DNA from: an uncultured bacterium
GTDB lineage: Bacteria > Bacillota > Clostridia > Lachnospirales > Lachnospiraceae
Length of the DNA stretch: 64,000 nt
NCBI GenBank assembly: GCA_945911275.1
Contig: CAMEAQ010000007.1
Location: forward strand, 30,782 to 94,781
Direction of reading: 5' to 3'
Positions 28,247 through 38,907 of this stretch are shown here, piece after piece. A program made the position numbers and the translations under genes. The first letter of the stretch is position 1, and each line of letters starts with the position of its first letter. The notes beneath the pieces are model-generated. The model was not told the origin of the DNA, made no database searches, and worked only from the letters and a program-made list of their open reading frames with translations.

Positions 28247-31200
28247 ATGTCACTTCAATTTATCTTAGGAAATTCCGGAGCAGGAAAATCGTACTTTTTA
28301 TTTCAGCATATTATACAGGAAGCGGAGAAACATCCGGAGAAGAATTATCTTGTTATTGTGCCGGAGCAGTTTACCATGCAGACGCAGAAGGAACTGGTAT
28401 CTTTAAGTCCAAATCATGGAATTATGAATGTGGACGTTTTAAGCTTTCAGCGTCTTGCATACCGTGTGCTGCAGGAGACAGGTGGAGAAAACAGGGCTGT
28501 TTTGGAGGAAACCGGGAAAACACTGGTGATCCAGAGAGTGATCCAGGAAGAGGAGAAAAAACTGGGAGTACTGGCAGGAAGTCTGAAAAAGACCGGAACT
28601 GTCAGTGAAATGAAGTCACTGGTGTCGGAATTGATACAGTATGATATTCGTCCGGAGCAGATGGATAGTATAGAGAAAAAATCTCGTGAAAGAACGTTTC
28701 TGGCATCCAAATTAAGTGATATCCGGATTGTTTATGAGGGATTTGTAAATTATCTGAAGGACCGGTATATTACCGGAGAAGAAATTCTGGATGTTCTGTG
28801 TGACAAAATCGGCGAATCCCGTATGATGAAAAATTGCCAGGTAATACTGGACGGATTTACAGGACTTACACCGCTCCAGAATAAGGTTATGAGAAAAATA
28901 CTCAAACTATCAGAAAAGGTATGGGTGACAGTCACGCTGGATGAAAAGGTGCCCAGAGAAAAACTGAAAAGTCCCCAGCATCTTTTCCGGATGAGCGGAG
29001 CGATGTTGGATCATCTGACCAGACTGGCTGTGGAAGAAAGAGTTGAGGTGGAAGAGGATATCTGGGTGCATCCGGGAAAGTACAGTCGTTTTTCAAAATC
29101 TCCTGCACTGGAATTTATGGAGCGTCACCTGTTTCGCTATGGAAATCCTTCTTATCGCAGAGAACAGGAAGAAATCCAGATATTTGCTGCTTCCAACCCA
29201 AGGACAGAGATGGAGGAAATCGCCAGAAGGATTTGTTTTCTGGTGAGAACAGAAAATTACAAATTTGGAGATTTTGCAGTGATTACCGGTGATTTGCCTA
29301 CCTATGGAAATTATGCGGGACAAGTCATGGAAGAATGCAAGATTCCGTGTTTCATTGATGAAAAACATTCTATTTTGATGAATCCTTTTGTGGAATATCT
29401 GCGGGCGGTTCTGAATATGCTGACGGAGCAGTTTACTTATGAAAGTGTATTTCGGTATCTGCGATGTGGATTATCCCGGCTGTCCGTATATGAGACGGAT
29501 GTACTTGAGAATTATTGTATCGCTGTGGGAATCCGCGGATGGAAACAGTGGAAAGAACATTGGGTCCGTCGTTGCAGAGGAATGAAAGACGGTAGTGTGG
29601 AAGAGGTAAACTGCATTCGGGAAAAATTTCTGGAGGAAATAGAAACCTTTGTAGAACAGATGCGACAGAGGGATCTAACCGTTGAGCAGAGAACACGCAT
29701 ACTTTATGAGTTTGTCGTCAGAGGAGATATACAGGAGAAAATTTCACGGCAGGAAGAAGTGTTTGAACGGCAGGGAGAAAAAGCTCTGGCCAAAGAATAT
29801 TCCCAGATCTACGGAATCATCATGAATCTGATGGATAAGCTGGTACAGGTACTGGGAGAGGAAACAATATCGCTCGCTGATTATCAGCAGCTTCTGGAAG
29901 CAGGATTTCAGGAGGCACAGGTGGGGGTTATTCCTCCCTCTGCAGATCAGGTGCTTGTGGGAGATATGGAGCGAACCCGTCTGAAAGATATTAAAGTCCT
30001 GTTCTTTGCGGGGGTGAATGATTCTGTCATTCCAAAACGTCAGGGGAGGGGCGGACTTTTGTCGGAAGCAGACAGAGAATTTCTGGAAATGCAGGATGTT
30101 GAACTGGCACCGACATCACGGGAATCCATGTATATACAGAAGTTTTATCTGTATCTGAATCTGACAAAGCCCAGTCGTCGGCTTATCCTTTCCTATGCAA
30201 AATCAGGAAGTCAGGGAAAGACTCAGTCACCGGCGTATCTCATCCCGATGATCTGTCAGTTGTTTCCTAAACTGCAGATACAGGAAAGCGAAGAAAATGG
30301 AATCCGACAGGCAGAGCAGGCAGGACAGGCAGTGGAATTTCTTCTTCGGGGGCTGGAGCAATCCGGTGAAGAGGAACCTTCAGATGAATGGAAAGAACTC
30401 TTGTGCTGGTATCTGAATTCGCCGGAGTGGAAAGAACAGTGTGAAAAGTGGATAGACAATGCATTTCGTCAGAAGCCTGTGGATAAGATAGGAAAAAGTG
30501 CAGCCAGAGCATTGTATGGCAATGTACTTGACAATAGTGCAACTCAGCTGGAGCAATTTGCCGCCTGTGCCTTTTCCCATTTCCTTCAGTATGGACTGGA
30601 GATCGAAGAACGCCCGGAATATGAATTTCGTGCGTCGGACATGGGCAATGTGATTCATCAGGCATTGGAGAGATTTTCTGTAAATCTGAAAAAGCACAGA
30701 ATGTCATGGCGGAATCTGACGGATGAACAAAGAGAAGCATTGATTGACGAGAGTGTGGATGAAATCATTTTTGATTACGGCAATACGATTCTGGAGAGCA
30801 GTGCCCGAAATCGTTATATGATAACGAGAGTAAAACGGATTCTCAGACGGACTGTATGGGCGCTTCAGGAGCAGCTGAAATGTGGAAAATATGAACCGGA
30901 ACAGTTTGAAATATCTTTTGCAATGGAAGATCAGCTGAAAGCAATTCACTTTGAACTGTCAGAAGATGAAAAACTGCGTCTGAAAGGCAGGATTGATCGT
31001 GTAGATCGATATGAGGAAGAAGATAAAATCTATGTGAAAGTAGTAGATTATAAGTCAGGCAATACGTCTATGGATCTGATCGCTCTTTATCATGGACTGC
31101 AGCTGCAGTTGATCGTATATCTGAATGCGGCATTGGAGATTGAGCAGAGGGAGCATCCGGAGAAACAGGTGGAGCCGGCTGGGGTATTTTATTATCATGT

Positions 31201-31702
31201 GAAAGATCCTCTCTGTGAAGGAACATCAGATGAAGAGGAAGAAAGCATCGCACAGAAAATTCTTCAGGAATTGAAAGTGAACGGACTTGTGCGGGAAGAT
31301 AAGAAAATAATATTGGATATGGATGAAAGTCTGAAGCCGGGGAAAAAATCTCTCACGATCCCGGTAACACTCAATAAAGACGGAAGCTTGTCCAGATATT
31401 CACAGACTGCCACGAAAGAACAATTTCAGATCTTATCAGAGTATGTAAACAGTAAGATCACAGAAATCGGAAGAAGGATTCTGGATGGTGAGACAACAGT
31501 CAATCCTTATCGTCTGAGAAAACGAACGGCATGTGATTATTGCAGTTATCGGGGTATCTGTGGATTCGATGAGAAAATACCCGGATACGAATACCGCAGT
31601 CTTCCTGTATTTCAGGATCAGGTACTCTGGCAGAGAATGAGCGATGAAGAAAGAAAAGCAGACGGAGAAGACGGAAGTAAAGAGGAAGGAAAAGAGGGAT
31701 AG
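28247..31702 (+). CDS. addB: ATP-dependent helicase/nuclease subunit B
   Basis: GNSGAGKS, VPEQFT, RIDRVD/VVDYKSG nuclease, CDYCSYRGIC Fe-S. Confidence 0.95.
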   Translation: MSLQFILGNSGAGKSYFLFQHIIQEAEKHPEKNYLVIVPEQFTMQTQKELVSLSPNHGIMNVDVLSFQRLAYRVLQETGGENRAVLEETGKTLVIQRVIQEEEKKLGVLAGSLKKTGTVSEMKSLVSELIQYDIRPEQMDSIEKKSRERTFLASKLSDIRIVYEGFVNYLKDRYITGEEILDVLCDKIGESRMMKNCQVILDGFTGLTPLQNKVMRKILKLSEKVWVTVTLDEKVPREKLKSPQHLFRMSGAMLDHLTRLAVEERVEVEEDIWVHPGKYSRFSKSPALEFMERHLFRYGNPSYRREQEEIQIFAASNPRTEMEEIARRICFLVRTENYKFGDFAVITGDLPTYGNYAGQVMEECKIPCFIDEKHSILMNPFVEYLRAVLNMLTEQFTYESVFRYLRCGLSRLSVYETDVLENYCIAVGIRGWKQWKEHWVRRCRGMKDGSVEEVNCIREKFLEEIETFVEQMRQRDLTVEQRTRILYEFVVRGDIQEKISRQEEVFERQGEKALAKEYSQIYGIIMNLMDKLVQVLGEETISLADYQQLLEAGFQEAQVGVIPPSADQVLVGDMERTRLKDIKVLFFAGVNDSVIPKRQGRGGLLSEADREFLEMQDVELAPTSRESMYIQKFYLYLNLTKPSRRLILSYAKSGSQGKTQSPAYLIPMICQLFPKLQIQESEENGIRQAEQAGQAVEFLLRGLEQSGEEEPSDEWKELLCWYLNSPEWKEQCEKWIDNAFRQKPVDKIGKSAARALYGNVLDNSATQLEQFAACAFSHFLQYGLEIEERPEYEFRASDMGNVIHQALERFSVNLKKHRMSWRNLTDEQREALIDESVDEIIFDYGNTILESSARNRYMITRVKRILRRTVWALQEQLKCGKYEPEQFEISFAMEDQLKAIHFELSEDEKLRLKGRIDRVDRYEEEDKIYVKVVDYKSGNTSMDLIALYHGLQLQLIVYLNAALEIEQREHPEKQVEPAGVFYYHVKDPLCEGTSDEEEESIAQKILQELKVNGLVREDKKIILDMDESLKPGKKSLTIPVTLNKDGSLSRYSQTATKEQFQILSEYVNSKITEIGRRILDGETTVNPYRLRKRTACDYCSYRGICGFDEKIPGYEYRSLPVFQDQVLWQRMSDEERKADGEDGSKEEGKEG

Positions 31703-31705
31703 CAG

Positions 31706-34700
31706 ATGGCAGTAACATGGACAGAGGACCAGAAAAAAGTCATTGAACTTCAGGAACGAAATATTCTTGTCAGTGCGGCAGCAGGTTCCGGAAAGACAGC
31801 AGTGCTGGTTGAACGGATCCTGCATATGATGACGAGAAAAGAGAATCCGGTAGATATTGACCGTCTGTTGATTGTGACATTTACCAGAGCCGCAGCCGGG
31901 GAAATGCGGGAACGTCTGATGACGGCTGTAGAAAAGTGTCTGGAAAGTGAGCCGGACAATGAGCATCTTCAGAGACAGCAGACTCTGATTCATAACGCGC
32001 AGATCAATACCATTGACGGTTTTTGCTCTTATGTGATCCGAAATTATTTCCATACCATCGATCTGGATCCGGGATTTCGAACCGCAAATGAAGGAGAATT
32101 GAAACTACTGCGATATGACGTGGCAAAAGAACTGCTGGAAGAAAAATACAGGGAAGATACCCCTGAATTTAACAGATTCGTGGAAGTATTTGCTTCCGGA
32201 AAAAATGATGATAACCTAGGAGATTTGATCTTGAAGCTCTACGATTTTTCCATGAGTAATCCCTGGCCGAAGGAGTGGCTGGAGAACTGCAAAAAACCTT
32301 ATCTGGCTGAAAGTTTTGAAGAGCTTCGGGAAAGTTTCTGGATGAAAAAAATGTGGGAAGAGGTAATTCGGGCCGTTTCCCAGGCAGGAGAGATGATCGA
32401 CCTGAATCTTCGGCTGTTGCAGGAAGATGACGGGCCTTATATGTATGAAGATGCTGTGCGATCAGATGAAATGCTGGTGGAGGATCTGAAGAATGTATGC
32501 AGCCTTCAGAATTTTGACCAATGTGCACTACTACTTCAGAATATGAAGTTTACTTCCCTTTCCAGAAAAAAAGATGAGACAGTATCGGACAGGAAAAGAG
32601 AACAGGTAAAAGAGAACAGGGATCGGATGAAAGAAATCCTCAAAGAGCTGAAAGAAAAATATTTCTATGGAGACTCGGAGAGTATCATGGAGGAAATGAA
32701 ACTGTGCCGGGGACCTGTAGAGGAGTTGATCCGTCTGACAGAAGAATTTATCGATAGGTTCTCAGAAAAGAAGAGGAAGCGAAATATCGTAGACTTCACA
32801 GATATGGAGCACTTTGCACTGGATATTCTTGTAAAAAAACAGGGGGAAGAACTGGTATATACGGAAGCGGCAGAGGAATTTTCTCAGCGATTTGAAGAAA
32901 TTTTGATTGATGAGTATCAGGACAGCAATTTGGTTCAGGAAACGTTGCTTCAAAGTGTATCACGGCTGCGTCAGGGAAAGCATAATATCTTTATGGTTGG
33001 GGATGTGAAGCAAAGCATTTACAGATTTCGTCTGGCACGTCCTGAATTATTTATGGAAAAATATGATACCTATTCTCTGGAAGAAAGTGAATGTCAGAGG
33101 ATTGATCTGCATAAGAATTTTCGCAGCAGAGAAGAAGTACTGGCGGGAGTGAACTACATCTTTGAACAGATTATGGGAAAAGAGTTGGGAGATGTAGAAT
33201 ACGATGAAGCGGCAGCATTGTATCCGGGTGCTGTTTTTCCCAGTCAGGAGGAAGAAAATGAGAAAGAGTTTCGAAGTACGGAGCTCCTGATCGCTGAGAC
33301 AGATACGGAAGAATTATCAGATGATACCTCAGACAGGACAGCGCAAGAGCTGGAAGCCCGCATGATTGGGAAAAGGATTCAGGAGATTGTCGGACACCGT
33401 CAGGTACTTGATAAAGAAACCGGTGAATATCGTACAGCCAGATATCAGGATTGTGTGATATTGCTGCGGACCATTTCGGGATGGGCAGAAACTTTTGTAC
33501 AGGTTCTGATGGATATGGGAATTCCTGCGTATACAACATCAAAAACGGGTTATTTTAATGCACTGGAAGTGGTGACGGTGTTGAATTATCTTCATATTTG
33601 TGACAATCCTATGCAGGAAATCCCTTTTACCGGTGTTTTGGTATCACCGATGGCAGGGTGTACATCACAGGAGCTGGCCGAGATAAAGGCAGAATTTCCA
33701 GATGATAAAATCTATGCATGCGCGTGGAAATATCTCACAAATGGGGAAAATCCTGTAATCTGGGAAAAATTAAGCAGATTTTTTGATGTTTATGGAAAAA
33801 TCCGGGAAAGAGTTCCTTATACACCGATCCACCAGTTGATACAGCTGATTTTGAAACTGACCGGATATGATGTGTATGCAGCGGCTATGCCTGGAGGAGA
33901 ACAGAGAAAAGCAAATCTCCAGATGTTGACAGAAAAAGCGATGGAGTATGAAGAGACCAGTTATCGGGGACTTTTTAACTTTATCCGATACATGGAGCAG
34001 CTGCAGAAGTATGAAGTGGATTTTGGAGAGGTCAGCACGATCGGGGAAAAAGAAAACACCGTACGGATTATGAGTATCCATAAAAGTAAAGGATTGGAAT
34101 TTCCGATTGTTTTTGTGGCTGGTATGGGGAAAAGGTTTAATATGATGGATGCCAACGCATCTCTGGTGATTCATCCGGATCTGGGAATCGGTATGAATGG
34201 TGTCGATCCAAAGCTTCGTCTGAAAACAGCTACACGGATGCGTCAGGTGATACAAAAGCAGATTCGTCTGGAAAGTCTTGGCGAGGAATTGCGAGTGTTG
34301 TATGTGGCGCTCACAAGAGCAAAAGAGAAGCTGATTTTGACAGGAACCATAGAAAAGCTTGATAAAAAACTGGAAAAGCTGCATCCCCTGACAGGACGTA
34401 TGACCCGGCAGCTTTCCTATGGAACGATAGAAAGTGCTCAGGATTACTGGGGATGGATTCTTCCGGCACTTTCCCGCCACCCGTCTTTTGGGATACTTTA
34501 TGAACGGATCGGTGAACGATGTCGTATGGATCATCTATGTTTTCAGCCGGAGATTCCTTTTGCTATCCGGACATTCCGTGCGGCACTGCTGACCGGAGAG
34601 GAATTGAAACGCCGGATTTCCCGAAATAAGCGTTATGAAGAATATAAAAACTGGGATAAAGATCAGATCTATCAAAAAACAGTGAGAGAAGAGCTGGAAA

Positions 34701-35419
34701 ATAAGTTTTCTTATCGATATCCCTATGGGTATCTTCAGGAAATTCCGGCGAAGATCAGTGTATCGGAACTGAAAAAACAGGCAATGAATCTGCTTGATGC
34801 AGAACAGGAAGAGGCGCAGGATCTGATCGTTCAGAAGGAGAGTATTCCGTTGGTTCCGGAATTTATGCGGCAGGAAAAAACGGAGCTTAAAGGTGCGGCA
34901 CGGGGTACGGCATATCATCGTGTTCTGGAATGTATTGCTTACGAAAAAACGGATAATATTACAGAAATTCAGGAACAGATACAGGAAATGCTCAGAGAGG
35001 GAAAGATTGATCAGGAAACAGCTGATTCTGTGAGAGAACAACAAATTTTCTGGTTTGTTTCCTCAAATCTGGGAAAAAGAATGAGAAAAGCAGAGGAAGA
35101 AAAAAAACTGTGGCGGGAGCAGCAGTTTGTCATGAGTATTCCGGCACAAGAGCAAAATAGTGAATGGGGAACGGAAGCACAGATACTGGTGCAGGGAATT
35201 ATCGATGCTTTCTTTGAGGAGACGGACGGTCTGGTATTGGTGGATTATAAGACAGATTATGTGGAAAAAGGACAGGAACAGGAGCTGGTGAAAAAATATC
35301 AAAAACAGCTCTGGTATTATGCACGGGCACTGGAAAGAGTATGGAAAAAAACGGTGAAAGAGGCTTATCTGTATTCGTTTGGAGCGGGAAAAGCGCTGCC
35401 GGTGGATGTGCAAAAATGA
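31706..35419 (+). CDS. addA: ATP-dependent helicase/nuclease subunit A
   Basis: SAAAGSGKT, DEYQD, SIHKSKGLEF, LYVALTRA, GIIDA/LVDYKTD. Confidence 0.96.
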   Translation: MAVTWTEDQKKVIELQERNILVSAAAGSGKTAVLVERILHMMTRKENPVDIDRLLIVTFTRAAAGEMRERLMTAVEKCLESEPDNEHLQRQQTLIHNAQINTIDGFCSYVIRNYFHTIDLDPGFRTANEGELKLLRYDVAKELLEEKYREDTPEFNRFVEVFASGKNDDNLGDLILKLYDFSMSNPWPKEWLENCKKPYLAESFEELRESFWMKKMWEEVIRAVSQAGEMIDLNLRLLQEDDGPYMYEDAVRSDEMLVEDLKNVCSLQNFDQCALLLQNMKFTSLSRKKDETVSDRKREQVKENRDRMKEILKELKEKYFYGDSESIMEEMKLCRGPVEELIRLTEEFIDRFSEKKRKRNIVDFTDMEHFALDILVKKQGEELVYTEAAEEFSQRFEEILIDEYQDSNLVQETLLQSVSRLRQGKHNIFMVGDVKQSIYRFRLARPELFMEKYDTYSLEESECQRIDLHKNFRSREEVLAGVNYIFEQIMGKELGDVEYDEAAALYPGAVFPSQEEENEKEFRSTELLIAETDTEELSDDTSDRTAQELEARMIGKRIQEIVGHRQVLDKETGEYRTARYQDCVILLRTISGWAETFVQVLMDMGIPAYTTSKTGYFNALEVVTVLNYLHICDNPMQEIPFTGVLVSPMAGCTSQELAEIKAEFPDDKIYACAWKYLTNGENPVIWEKLSRFFDVYGKIRERVPYTPIHQLIQLILKLTGYDVYAAAMPGGEQRKANLQMLTEKAMEYEETSYRGLFNFIRYMEQLQKYEVDFGEVSTIGEKENTVRIMSIHKSKGLEFPIVFVAGMGKRFNMMDANASLVIHPDLGIGMNGVDPKLRLKTATRMRQVIQKQIRLESLGEELRVLYVALTRAKEKLILTGTIEKLDKKLEKLHPLTGRMTRQLSYGTIESAQDYWGWILPALSRHPSFGILYERIGERCRMDHLCFQPEIPFAIRTFRAALLTGEELKRRISRNKRYEEYKNWDKDQIYQKTVREELENKFSYRYPYGYLQEIPAKISVSELKKQAMNLLDAEQEEAQDLIVQKESIPLVPEFMRQEKTELKGAARGTAYHRVLECIAYEKTDNITEIQEQIQEMLREGKIDQETADSVREQQIFWFVSSNLGKRMRKAEEEKKLWREQQFVMSIPAQEQNSEWGTEAQILVQGIIDAFFEETDGLVLVDYKTDYVEKGQEQELVKKYQKQLWYYARALERVWKKTVKEAYLYSFGAGKALPVDVQK

Positions 35420-35447
35420 AGAAAACAGACAGGGAGGAAAAGGGGAT

Positions 35448-35699
35448 ATGAGATTATATGCGTCCTGTATCTGCTGCCTTTTCAATAAACAGGAGCAGAA
35501 ACTGAGAAATTGCAGGGATGAGAAAAAGAAAACAGAATATATGAAAGAATTGCTGCGTCTGGCCGGGAATAGTGGCGACGAGGCAAGTGCTCCCTGGCTG
35601 GCAGCCCAGATTATGAAAGTTCATGAGAAATACTTCGGTAAATCAGGAAGCTATGCGGATGTAAAGAAAGAATTTGAGAGCAGTTGTTACAGTTCTTAA
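35448..35699 (+). pseudogene. N-terminal fragment of a DUF89/ARMT1-like damage-control phosphatase
   Basis: MRLYASCICCLFNKQ...SAPWLAAQ...Y.DVKKEF resembles the DUF89 N-terminus, then ends after about 83 codons. Confidence 0.6.
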
Positions 35700-35832
35700 G
35701 ATATTCTTAACCTTTCAAAAGCATATTGACAATCTAATATTATATGACGTATAGTATTGAATATCAAATATTATTAAATTTCAAATAGTATTGATTGGAA
35801 AATAGTATCAAAAAACATAAAGAGGTGACGAT

Positions 35833-36156
35833 ATGGTATTTAATACTGGTGCGGCTCTTCTGGATGCTATCGTATTGGCAGTTGTGTCAAAAGAGCGAGA
35901 GGGTACATACGGATATAAGATCACGCAGGATGTCCGGCAGGTCATTGATATTTCGGAATCCACATTATATCCGGTTCTTCGAAGGCTTCAGAAGGATGAA
36001 TGTCTGATGGTATACGATATGGAATTCGGAGGAAGAAATCGGAGATACTATAAAGTGACGGAAAAGGGGAAAGCACAGCTGGAGCTTTACCGGCACGAAT
36101 GGAAGAATTATTCAACCAGAATTTCCATGCTGTTTGAGGGGAGGATTGATGTATGA
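35833..36156 (+). CDS. PadR family regulator
   Basis: TYGYKIT, SESTLYPVLRRL, RRYYKVTEKG. Confidence 0.93.
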   Translation: MVFNTGAALLDAIVLAVVSKEREGTYGYKITQDVRQVIDISESTLYPVLRRLQKDECLMVYDMEFGGRNRRYYKVTEKGKAQLELYRHEWKNYSTRISMLFEGRIDV

Positions 36157-36827
36157 ACCGTGACGAATTTATGCAGCAATTGGCAAGGCTGTTGAGTGAT
36201 TTGCCGGAGAACGAAAGGATGGAGGCAATCCGGTACTACAATGATTATTTTGATGAGGCAGGACCTGAAAATGAAGCAAAAGTAATCAGTGAACTGGGAA
36301 GTCCCGGCAAAGTGGCAGCAATCATAAAAGCGGACCTGAAAGAAAATGATGGTGCCGGGGAAACATCGAAGGATACCCAGAGTGACAGATGGCGTAATGT
36401 GCAAGGCAGTATGCCGGGAAACTACCCACCTGTTCATAAAAGCAGAGGTGCCGGACGCTGGGCACTTATTATTATACTTGTGGTATTTCTGTCGCCTGTG
36501 ATACTGGGAATCGGAAGTGGCGTATTTGGTGTCTTTGTTGGGATACTGGCAGCAATCTTTGGTATCTGGGTTTCTATCTTTACCGCAGGCGCCGGTCTGT
36601 TGGGCGGCGGTATCGCCTTGCTTGTAAAAGGCGTGATCAGGTTATTTTCGGCACCGGCTTCGGGTCTGGTAAGTATGGGAGGCGGTTTCTTATCCATTGC
36701 ACTGGGAATTTTTATCCTGATTTTCTTTTTCTGGTTTACATTCCGTTTCCTTCCGAGATTGTGCAGAACGGTAGTAAATTTCATTTCCAGGCTGCTCCAT
36801 AAGAGAAAGGGGGTTGCCGCATCATGA
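36153..36827 (+). CDS. DUF1700 (HAAS) membrane protein
   Basis: MNRDEFMQQL...YYNDYFDEAG...ELGSP plus C-terminal TM helices. Confidence 0.88.
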   Translation: MNRDEFMQQLARLLSDLPENERMEAIRYYNDYFDEAGPENEAKVISELGSPGKVAAIIKADLKENDGAGETSKDTQSDRWRNVQGSMPGNYPPVHKSRGAGRWALIIILVVFLSPVILGIGSGVFGVFVGILAAIFGIWVSIFTAGAGLLGGGIALLVKGVIRLFSAPASGLVSMGGGFLSIALGIFILIFFFWFTFRFLPRLCRTVVNFISRLLHKRKGVAAS

Positions 36828-37681
36828 AAAAACTGATAAAAACATTGACGATCACCGGCGGGATATGTGCCGGTCTGGGTTTGATATTTCTCATAATCGG
36901 TTTGATCCTGGGAGGTGGAACGATTGATTTCTCAGATGCTATGAGTGTACAGGGATCGGATGTCAGCAGTCTGATCCATAAGCTGACACCGATAGACAGT
37001 GAATACCGGGATGATGATATTGAAAATCTGGATTCTGAAAGATGGGAATGCACATCCGCATCCGGGATAAAAAATCTGCAAATCGAAATGGATGCCGGTT
37101 ATCTGGAGATCAAACAGTATGAAGGACGGGAAATTCAGGTATATATTCAGCAAAATGATAGAAAAACAAAGATTGAACAGGAAGGTGATGAACTGGATAT
37201 TACCCGGGATGGGATACAATGGCTGGATAGAAAAGGAAAAGCTATTAAGATCCTGGTGCCAAAGAATCATATTTTTAATGAAATCGATCTGGAACTCAAA
37301 GCAGTGGATGGAGTAATTGATTCACTGAAAGCTAATGAATTAACCGTTTCTGCGAATGCAGCTTCTCTGGAGATTACAGATGAGATACAGACGAAAACCT
37401 GTGAATGGACAGCAAATGCTGCGGAGATTGAGATTCAAAAACTAATGTCGAGAGAAACGGATCTGGACTGCAGTGCCGGCACAATACGGGTAACGATGGA
37501 AGGAGACATCAGTGACTATTATCTGGAAGGTAAAGTGAGCGCAGGTAGTCTGGAATATGCGCATCAGGAGTGGGATGGTTTTGATGATACTTTCTGCCAG
37601 GGAGAGGAAGATGCCAAAAACAGGATTGAGGCAAAATGTGCGGCAGGAGATATTACAATAGATTTTACAAAATACGAGTAG
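36824..37681 (+). CDS. DUF4097 (Toastrack beta-repeat) protein
   Basis: N-terminal TM followed by repeated beta-strand units. Confidence 0.8.
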   Translation: MKKLIKTLTITGGICAGLGLIFLIIGLILGGGTIDFSDAMSVQGSDVSSLIHKLTPIDSEYRDDDIENLDSERWECTSASGIKNLQIEMDAGYLEIKQYEGREIQVYIQQNDRKTKIEQEGDELDITRDGIQWLDRKGKAIKILVPKNHIFNEIDLELKAVDGVIDSLKANELTVSANAASLEITDEIQTKTCEWTANAAEIEIQKLMSRETDLDCSAGTIRVTMEGDISDYYLEGKVSAGSLEYAHQEWDGFDDTFCQGEEDAKNRIEAKCAAGDITIDFTKYE

Positions 37682-37692
37682 GAGGGATTATC

Positions 37693-37875
37693 ATGAGTGA
37701 CAAAAGACTGTATCGTTCTTCAACTAACAGTATGATCTGTGGGGTATGCGGAGGAATCGGAGAATATTTTAATATTGATCCGACGCTTGTGCGGCTTGCA
37801 TGGGTATTGTTTTCCTTTTTAGGAGGCGCAGGTATTCCTGCATATATCATCGCAGCTATTATCATACCGAGGTAA
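37693..37875 (+). CDS. PspC domain protein
   Basis: KRLYRS...ICGVCGGIGEYFNIDPTLVRL...AYIIAAIIIP. Confidence 0.92.
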   Translation: MSDKRLYRSSTNSMICGVCGGIGEYFNIDPTLVRLAWVLFSFLGGAGIPAYIIAAIIIPR

Positions 37876-37896
37876 ATGTAGGTTAGGCAGCTGCGT

Positions 37897-37925
37897 GAAT
37901 AAATAGGCAAAAAAAGGTCATACTT
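37897..37925 (+). promoter_or_regulatory. putative forespore sigmaG promoter
   Basis: GAATA-17 nt-CATACTT, matching the B. subtilis sigmaG consensus, upstream of a SASP gene. Confidence 0.6.
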
Positions 37926-37951
37926 CAAAAGAAAAGGAGTGTGACTTTTTT

Positions 37952-38149
37952 ATGACAAAAAAGAAAGAATTAAATATTTGGGAGTTGTCCGGTGAAGAAA
38001 GAATGAAATATGAGATTGCGGAAGAACTGGGACTTCTTGATAAAGTGCTGGAAGAAGGATGGAAAACTTTGTCAGCGAAAGAAACCGGCAGAATCGGGGG
38101 ACTTGTGACAAAGAGGAAGAGGGAAATGCAGTCAGACGGGGAGAAATAG
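37952..38149 (+). CDS. small acid-soluble spore protein, alpha/beta-like
   Basis: MKYEIAEELGL...GW..LSAKETGRIGGLV. Confidence 0.85.
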   Translation: MTKKKELNIWELSGEERMKYEIAEELGLLDKVLEEGWKTLSAKETGRIGGLVTKRKREMQSDGEK

Positions 38150-38163
38150 GAAATGTCGCCATA

Positions 38164-38766
38164 TTATCGCGGCATTTCCAGATATGCCCTGCTCCAAAGC
38201 TCTGCAAGAATTTGATTCCCGGTATAAGTCAGGTGTATACCGTCAGGCGTAATCCGATTGATTCCCATTTTCTCAGCGGACCGGCGGAGAATATGGTCAG
38301 TCGGGAGAAAGCAGGCATGGTATTTGTCGGCAAGCGTCTCTATAATTTTACTTTCTGCTTCGATATACGGATGCCAGCTTTTATATTCCAGTGGCTGATC
38401 AAACAAAAAAGGCTCTGCCAGAATCAGCTGTGCGTCAGTGCGCGTAGTTAGGAATCTGAGAATTTCTTCATAATAAAAGGCAAATTCATCAGGGATGCGT
38501 TTGCGAGAGGTGTAAATTTCAACGGGAATATCGTTGACTCCGATAAGAAGAGTGATCACATCCCAGTTCCTCTCAATTCCATCTCTGTTTAGCATGTGTA
38601 AAACCTGTTCTGTTGTAAAACCGTCATGTCCTCTGTTTTGAAAAACACAGTTGTAAAATCTCATATCGACCGCAAGCATGGAAACATATCCGTTCCCAAG
38701 ATTTGCAGGATCAAACAAATGTCCGGCATCCGTGATGCTGTCTCCGAGAAAAAGAAAATCAGACAT
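38164..38766 (-). CDS. SGNH/GDSL hydrolase
   Basis: FLGDSITD, NRGHDG, LIGVND, DGIH. Confidence 0.9.
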   Translation of the reverse strand: MSDFLFLGDSITDAGHLFDPANLGNGYVSMLAVDMRFYNCVFQNRGHDGFTTEQVLHMLNRDGIERNWDVITLLIGVNDIPVEIYTSRKRIPDEFAFYYEEILRFLTTRTDAQLILAEPFLFDQPLEYKSWHPYIEAESKIIETLADKYHACFLPTDHILRRSAEKMGINRITPDGIHLTYTGNQILAELWSRAYLEMPR

Positions 38767-38907
38767 AATCTATCTCCTTTGAGTTTAGTGATGTAGGTGC
38801 CAAAAGCTTTTGTCCTTTTCTTATGATATCATACTACCATGGGAGTAGGAAAAATCAATCAAAAATGTTATACTGTGATTAGTTTATCTTGGAAGGAGAT
38901 ATAGAAG

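Noticed and set aside
28247-35419. AddAB as a defence helicase-nuclease or Cas4-like system
   Set aside because: The domain layout and order match the ordinary AddAB repair complex; there are no defence neighbours.
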